From sequence record ON287375.1: 40,000 nt of DNA; one strand, given 5' to 3'. Positions 34,856-40,000 of the stretch are shown here, piece by piece. The notes below the pieces were generated by a model. The model had not been told where the DNA came from. It saw only the letters and a list, made by a program, of their open reading frames with translations, and ran no database searches. Origin of the DNA: Serratia phage vB_SmaM-Yubaba. The position numbers and the translations under genes were made by a program. Position 1 is the stretch's first letter, and every line of letters starts with the position of its first letter.

Positions 34856-36845
34856 TCTCTCTCTGATCTCCATGCTTCAATTTACCGAACGTCGGTTTAA
34901 AGTTGAAGTAATGGATGACCAGGGTGAAAAGATCATAACAGATAGTTGGATGTTAGCTCTTTCCTGGTTCAGTCTGATTGTTCATCGGCACTTCAATGAT
35001 GAGCCTTATCATGTTGATGAACTGGCAGTCCTGGTGGCCCCTAAAGGCCGCCAAGCATTTATCGATGATGATGTACTCAAGGAACCAATTGATCACTTCC
35101 TGGGGCGTTTGATGCCTAAGTATGATGATCCAGTTTTCTATGATTTCATCAAACAGTTGGTGTTCACTTGGCACAACCAGGTTCATAACTATATGTGCGT
35201 GGTTTCTGAAACTGGTGTTGTGTCTGCTCGTGCTATGGACGTTGTTCATTGTTATCGTCATCCGCCGGTAGCTGACCTGAAGAAACGTGTTCAGGAAGGT
35301 AAAACCAATTTGGCTGATGCAGCTAAAGAGTTCGAAAAGATCATGATGGAAGATCCGGCTTTTGATAAGTCTGTCTTCGGTCTCCTGTATCGTACTCGTG
35401 CTGTTAACCCAACTCAGTCTTTCCAATTGGTAATTGCTCGTGGTGACGTGTTTGACTTGAACAACGTGATCCTGCCAAATACAGTAATGACGTCTTATGC
35501 AGATGGTATTACTAACCTGGCAGATTCCTTGGGTGACTCCAAAGGCGCTGGTTTCTCCCTGATCTCTAACGGCTCGGCTTTGCAGGACTCTGAATGGTTC
35601 CATAAAAAGATCCACAACGTGTCTCAAGTCGTTCAGGGCGTTCGTTATCAAACTGACTGTGGTTCTACAACAGGTCCAGTTCTGAAGATCATCTCCAGGG
35701 AATTCAAATTGTCTCTGGCTGGTCGTTGGCGGATTAATGATGATGGCACAACCACTCTGCTGACTTATGAAGAACTGAAGAAAATCGAAACTGGTGACAT
35801 CATCCGTATTCGTGATGTTGCATGGTGTAAAGATGCTGACCATGATGGCAAGCCTTGTTCCAAATGTTTCGGTAAGATGGAATCTGCACTTCCGTATAAT
35901 CCATATACTAAGAAGTCTGCAGTTCCAGGTCTGTTCTATGGCTCTACTTTTGCGGAACCTATTGGTCAGTCGATCTTGAAAACCAAACACCGTATCGGTA
36001 CTGCAACTGCAAAAGGCTTTGTAGTACAACGTCAGGATGTGGACTATATCACAACGGATGATTCTGGAGACTTCATCTATTTCAATAAAGGTATCCTCAA
36101 CGAGGAAGCAGATCCGTATATCATCTTGGATAAAGAAACTCAGCAGGACTTCTCTGACTTCCAGTTCATGGATAACATTGAAGATCTTGATGTATCTCGT
36201 CTGCGTACTTATGAATCTATTAAACTGCGTGTTAACATCGTTAACCCAATGTTCGATAATCGTAAAGCAGTTCATTATCCGATCGTGATCACTACGGTAG
36301 CTTCTCGTGATGCTCGAATGACTAAGCCGTTCATTGAGTATCTGCTGAGCAAACCAATGGAAGAAGAAGGTCGTACATTTAAGATTAGTCTTAAAGACTT
36401 CAACTTCAAAGAACCAGCATTCGAATTACCACTGGTAAACGAAGACCTGGATGCTTATCGTAAACGTGTTGAAACATTCCTGAAGTTCCCGAATATCAAT
36501 CGTCGTTGGGATGTCAAAGTAACTCCTGAGTTACATGGCGAAACCATGATTGCATTCTGGAAGGTAGTAGATGAGAAGTATAAAGGTGCGAATAGTATCA
36601 TGCACTCTATCTTCTTGTGGGCATGTATGGCACGAGATCCTGAGCATCTCGACTTCGGTATTCCGATCGGTGACGAGCCGCGTAACTTTATCAGTCTGCA
36701 TGATGCCGTACTGAGTCGTGGTTTGGGCAATACCTTGTTGTATGGTTGGCAGGGTAGTGCATTGCTGGGTAGTCCAATTAACTTCCTGATCAAGAATCGT
36801 CAGGGTGGTGCTTTAGAAGCATTCTGTCACCCTATCGCTCGTTAA
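34824..36845 (+). CDS. non-virion RNA polymerase beta' C-terminal subunit (phiKZ gp74-like)
   Basis: FAEPIGQSILKTKHRIGT corresponds to beta' GEPGTQLTMRTFH region; CKDADHDGKPCSKCFG; gene position. Confidence 0.88.
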   Translation: MKTIKLREFANLSLISMLQFTERRFKVEVMDDQGEKIITDSWMLALSWFSLIVHRHFNDEPYHVDELAVLVAPKGRQAFIDDDVLKEPIDHFLGRLMPKYDDPVFYDFIKQLVFTWHNQVHNYMCVVSETGVVSARAMDVVHCYRHPPVADLKKRVQEGKTNLADAAKEFEKIMMEDPAFDKSVFGLLYRTRAVNPTQSFQLVIARGDVFDLNNVILPNTVMTSYADGITNLADSLGDSKGAGFSLISNGSALQDSEWFHKKIHNVSQVVQGVRYQTDCGSTTGPVLKIISREFKLSLAGRWRINDDGTTTLLTYEELKKIETGDIIRIRDVAWCKDADHDGKPCSKCFGKMESALPYNPYTKKSAVPGLFYGSTFAEPIGQSILKTKHRIGTATAKGFVVQRQDVDYITTDDSGDFIYFNKGILNEEADPYIILDKETQQDFSDFQFMDNIEDLDVSRLRTYESIKLRVNIVNPMFDNRKAVHYPIVITTVASRDARMTKPFIEYLLSKPMEEEGRTFKISLKDFNFKEPAFELPLVNEDLDAYRKRVETFLKFPNINRRWDVKVTPELHGETMIAFWKVVDEKYKGANSIMHSIFLWACMARDPEHLDFGIPIGDEPRNFISLHDAVLSRGLGNTLLYGWQGSALLGSPINFLIKNRQGGALEAFCHPIAR

Positions 36846-36883
36846 TTAAATAGGACAAGGATGTCCTTATAAAGGAGAATATC

Positions 36884-37183
36884 ATGGAAACATTATCATT
36901 AAACTTCATGACCGAAACAGCGGTACCTGAAAATATCAATCATCTTTCCATCAAAGTGGTTCGTTACACTAATAAAATTTTGGGTGTAGAAGAAACTTTT
37001 GAACCTGCGCCAGGTAATGAATTTACTTGGGAAAAACCACTACCTGGTTCCGAATACTATTTAGGATTCTTGAATACGGGACGGGGTGGGATTATTGAAA
37101 TCCGGTATAACAAGGAACAAAGCTTCATGATGATCCGTGGTCCAGTTAGAACCGACATCACTTTTGAATTGGAAGGCGAATAA
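36884..37183 (+). CDS. small hypothetical protein, 99 aa
   Basis: ATG with AAGGAG upstream. Confidence 0.7.
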   Translation: METLSLNFMTETAVPENINHLSIKVVRYTNKILGVEETFEPAPGNEFTWEKPLPGSEYYLGFLNTGRGGIIEIRYNKEQSFMMIRGPVRTDITFELEGE

Positions 37184-37485
37184 TGTCAACTGAACCTATC
37201 CTGATTGAATTGAAAGTCGGGGAAGAAGTAAAGATCCCTGATCGTGGTGCATTTGCATCCTTCCCTAAACTGCGTGTTAGTAAAGTAGTTAAGGGTGATA
37301 AAGTACACGTTACTGAGTACTGGCCTGGTACCGGCAGCATCCCAAGTAACCTTCATCAGAATACAATCCGTTTACTGAATCTTCAGTGGAACGGTATCAC
37401 AGTACAGGGTGAATATGACGACAGTTCTAAGCTGCTGAAAATCACCAAAGGTAATGTCGATTCGGTGACTGTAGAAATCCGATAA
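37183..37485 (+). CDS. small hypothetical beta-rich protein, 100 aa
   Basis: TAATG coupling, AAGGCG upstream. Confidence 0.7.
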   Translation: MSTEPILIELKVGEEVKIPDRGAFASFPKLRVSKVVKGDKVHVTEYWPGTGSIPSNLHQNTIRLLNLQWNGITVQGEYDDSSKLLKITKGNVDSVTVEIR

Positions 37486-37539
37486 GGTGAAACCTTTATA
37501 GTATGATAAACATTTATCGTACACAATGAAGGCATTACC

Positions 37540-37770
37540 ATGATTACCAAACTGCAAGACATGAAACCTGGGGAATACTTTAAAGTAGACTCTAACGAAG
37601 GCGGTTGTAAGAAAGCTCCATGTACCCGTCGTATTCTGGCTATAGGTGAAACATCTGTAGCTTCCGATCTGAAAGAAGATCAAGGTTTCTATTTCCGTTT
37701 GAAAATGGAAAACTATTTAGGGACGATTAAAACACCAAACGGTATGGTTGTCCATCAGTTCAGTAAATAA
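37540..37770 (+). CDS. small hypothetical protein, 76 aa
   Basis: ORF preceding a terminator. Confidence 0.6.
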   Translation: MITKLQDMKPGEYFKVDSNEGGCKKAPCTRRILAIGETSVASDLKEDQGFYFRLKMENYLGTIKTPNGMVVHQFSK

Positions 37771-37774
37771 ACTG

Positions 37775-37813
37775 TTACTCACCTTCCTTAATTGGAGGGT
37801 GGGTAATAATTTT
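37775..37813 (+). terminator. Rho-independent terminator
   Basis: TTACTCACCTTCC-TTAATT-GGAGGGTGGGTAA then TAATTTTT. Confidence 0.8.
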
Positions 37814-37815
37814 TA

Positions 37816-37834
37816 AGTATATATTATCTATAGG
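37816..37834 (+). promoter_or_regulatory. putative promoter
   Basis: AGTATATATTATCTATAGG directly after terminator, matches recurrent motif. Confidence 0.5.
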
Positions 37835-37842
37835 AGTTACGC

Positions 37843-38112
37843 ATGCAAGTCATTAAAATTGTGAATGGTGAAACCACTGTCGTTGGTGATTCCAAGTTTA
37901 CCCACGGTTATTTGGCAAGTGTCACTTTGGATGACGGTGAACGTCGTTCTTATAACAAACCAACTTACCCTGGTGAATATGGTTGGAGTTCCGCTGCAAA
38001 TGTCAATTACAATTATGACGGTATGTTGTTGACACTGAAATTTGTTCCAGAAGACAAAGCCATTAAAGGCCAAGGTTATGGCTGGAAAGAATGCGAGTTT
38101 GTCGTATTCTAA
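37843..38112 (+). CDS. small hypothetical protein, 89 aa
   Basis: ATG with TAGGAG upstream. Confidence 0.65.
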   Translation: MQVIKIVNGETTVVGDSKFTHGYLASVTLDDGERRSYNKPTYPGEYGWSSAANVNYNYDGMLLTLKFVPEDKAIKGQGYGWKECEFVVF

Positions 38113-38180
38113 TATAAAGGTGGGAGGCTTAGGTCTCCCTTTTAATGTACCAAAAGGAGGAGGTATTTATAAATACTACG

Positions 38181-38200
38181 AGGTCAATATATTAGAGAAA
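38181..38200 (+). promoter_or_regulatory. weak putative promoter upstream of helicase
   Basis: AGGTCAATATATTAGAGAAA, partial match to recurrent motif. Confidence 0.35.
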
Positions 38201-38269
38201 ACCATATTTTGTGCTATAACCCTCACGGGTAAAGGGTTGGTGCTCTAATAGTTGAAGAAGGGTTGAGTT

Positions 38270-39814
38270 ATGCGTAGAACAGTTGTGATCTATAAAGCGA
38301 GCACATATGTTCGTTTGACTGACTTTAAACCTGAACTCGTGCAGCAAATACTTCGTCCTTTTTGTGCTCGTAACTTTTATAGGGTTCAGAAGGTCCCCAT
38401 ACCCGGTGGTGGACCTAATGCATTCAAAAAGGAAGTGAGTCATGTATTTGCCAGGTTCAATGAAGACAAGACCGAGTTAAGGTTTAATGCTGAGAAACTT
38501 CAAGATCTCATTAAGTTCATGGAAGAACATGGGTATAGTAAGTCTCGAATCCAGGTAATAGATGAAACAGTTATCGACGCAGCTCCGGCTAACTTGAAAC
38601 TGAAAGATCCTAATATCAAACCACGAAATGAAATGCAGGAAGAATATACAGCATTCATGGGTGGACCCAAACCGTTAGTTGTTAATAACATGGGTACTGG
38701 GCAGGGTAAAACTTTCTGTGCGATATGGACTGCTGTACAGTTAGGTAAACGTGTATTGATCACGGTACTGCCAAGATATGTAGATATCTGGATTAAAGCA
38801 TTTGGGGAATTCTTAGATATCCATCCAACGGATATTTTAGTGGCTGATACATTTGGCGTTGAGAAGCTACACCAAGTAATGAAAGACGGGTTAATTAATC
38901 CATCAATCATTATTCTGCCATTAACTAAAATAGACGTCTATATAAAACGTATGAAAGAGGATCCATCTCTTCCTGGATTGGACGAGGTATTCCACGACAT
39001 GCGTTGTGGTGTGAGAATCATTGACGAAGCACACGAATCGATTTATTCGGTTTATATGTCATTGATGTTTGGGAACCATCAGAAGACGATGGCGTTGTCG
39101 GCAACCTTGAAAGGTGATGATGACTTCATAAACTCTATCTATGGTCAGATCTTCCCAGCTCACTGTTATCTGCGACCTCCTGAATATACCAAGTATATTC
39201 ATGTTATCGCTTATAGCCACCGGATGGATGTAAACAAATACCGAATCAATGCTAAAGGGTTTGGTGGTTATTCTCATGTCAAGTTTGAACAGGGGATAAT
39301 GAAAAGGAGCTTTGTCTTCGAAGAGTATTACAAAATGCTCAAAGAGGCATTCGACATTTATTACATGGATACGTATCGAGAAGGGCAAAAGGTCATGTGG
39401 TTCTTTGCAACAATCGAAATGTGCGATCTGTTCCTTAAACGACTTAAACAGGATTATCCAGATTTAGATGCGATAGTATTTACAGGTGAGCAAAGTAGTA
39501 AGAAGGAAACTAAAACCGCGTACAGGGAACACCAGGTAGTTATTACAACTCCAGGGTCTTGTGGTACCGGTAAAGATATTCCTCAGCTCTATATCGTGTT
39601 TAGCCCTATCTCTGTGAGTTCTTCACAGCGTAACGATCAGATGGTTGGACGTACTCGACCAATTGATAAATGGTGGCCAGATCTGGATCCAATATTCCTG
39701 TACTTCGTTTGTCCAGACATTCCTAAGCAGGTAGACTATCACCGTAAACGTAGAACCATCTTTGATAAGAAGATGAAGAAGTTCACGCTGATTGACTCAG
39801 GTTCACGTATTTAA
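38270..39814 (+). CDS. SF2 DEAD/DEAH-type helicase (phiKZ gp75-like, UvsW-like)
   Basis: Walker A MGTGQGKT, Walker B IIDEAHES, motif III LSAT, motif VI QMVGRTRP. Confidence 0.9.
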   Translation: MRRTVVIYKASTYVRLTDFKPELVQQILRPFCARNFYRVQKVPIPGGGPNAFKKEVSHVFARFNEDKTELRFNAEKLQDLIKFMEEHGYSKSRIQVIDETVIDAAPANLKLKDPNIKPRNEMQEEYTAFMGGPKPLVVNNMGTGQGKTFCAIWTAVQLGKRVLITVLPRYVDIWIKAFGEFLDIHPTDILVADTFGVEKLHQVMKDGLINPSIIILPLTKIDVYIKRMKEDPSLPGLDEVFHDMRCGVRIIDEAHESIYSVYMSLMFGNHQKTMALSATLKGDDDFINSIYGQIFPAHCYLRPPEYTKYIHVIAYSHRMDVNKYRINAKGFGGYSHVKFEQGIMKRSFVFEEYYKMLKEAFDIYYMDTYREGQKVMWFFATIEMCDLFLKRLKQDYPDLDAIVFTGEQSSKKETKTAYREHQVVITTPGSCGTGKDIPQLYIVFSPISVSSSQRNDQMVGRTRPIDKWWPDLDPIFLYFVCPDIPKQVDYHRKRRTIFDKKMKKFTLIDSGSRI

Positions 39815-40000
39815 TAACTAGGCTCTGGGGACTTTGAGTCCCTGGAGTCCTATGTTAATAGCAATGGCGGTGAGTATGGAATTAATAAGTATCAATATCA
39901 GACTACCTGGTATCACTGATACAGATGTCCTGCAAGTGGTTGGTGCTGGCATTATGGTTATGTTTGATAGTCATAAGAAGTTGGGAACTGAGTTCGAAGA

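Noticed and set aside
34953-36275. 440-aa antisense ORF opposite RNAP beta' C-terminal gene
   Set aside because: Lies fully inside a well-supported conserved gene; composition typical of an antisense shadow
36851-36867. AGGACA-aggatg-TGTCCT-like small inverted repeat
   Set aside because: Only 6 bp and no U-tract; insufficient evidence for a terminator or regulator
38042-38248. 68-aa ORF
   Set aside because: Overlaps the end of 37843-38112 gene and spans a hairpin and promoter-like region; no convincing RBS
1-40000. tRNAs, introns/inteins, homing endonucleases, transposons, CRISPR arrays
   Set aside because: Looked for characteristic cloverleaf, splice-motif, GIY/HNH, transposase or regular repeat patterns by eye and found none convincing; a tRNAscan-SE/Infernal run would be decisive

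Overview
This window is about 40 kb of a nucleus-forming, phiKZ-like jumbo phage (Chimalliviridae type). It is densely packed and almost entirely rightward-transcribed. Landmarks are: a PhuZ-type phage tubulin; the C-terminal half of a split family-B DNA polymerase; a probable chimallin/ChmA phage-nucleus shell gene; the RNAP beta' N-terminal subunit (FGADFDGDQM motif); an SbcD/Mre11-like nuclease; an SSB-like protein with a Gly/Asn-rich linker and acidic tip; and a phiKZ gp68-to-gp75-like block. That block holds a probable nvRNAP accessory subunit, two conserved proteins, beta C-terminal, beta' C-terminal and an SF2 helicase. The most interesting accessory locus is 22084-23319. It contains a protein resembling the Acb2/Tad1 cyclic-nucleotide-sponge family (FQNG...NGLTNEAL...RGV), directly coupled to a 2H phosphodiesterase with the layout of Acb1 (LHAT ~70 aa before LHVS), then a short membrane protein. 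The locus is bounded by hairpin terminators and has an internal TATATTAC promoter-like element. I also see about eight copies of an AT-rich promoter-like motif (tATATTAt..., similar to the phiKZ early promoter core), a set of strong intrinsic-terminator hairpins, two isolated minus-strand genes, and arrays of small uncharacterised proteins, at least one pair of which looks like tandem paralogs. No tRNA, CRISPR or transposon was seen. Function assignments come from motif reading and memory of the phage family; no searches were run.
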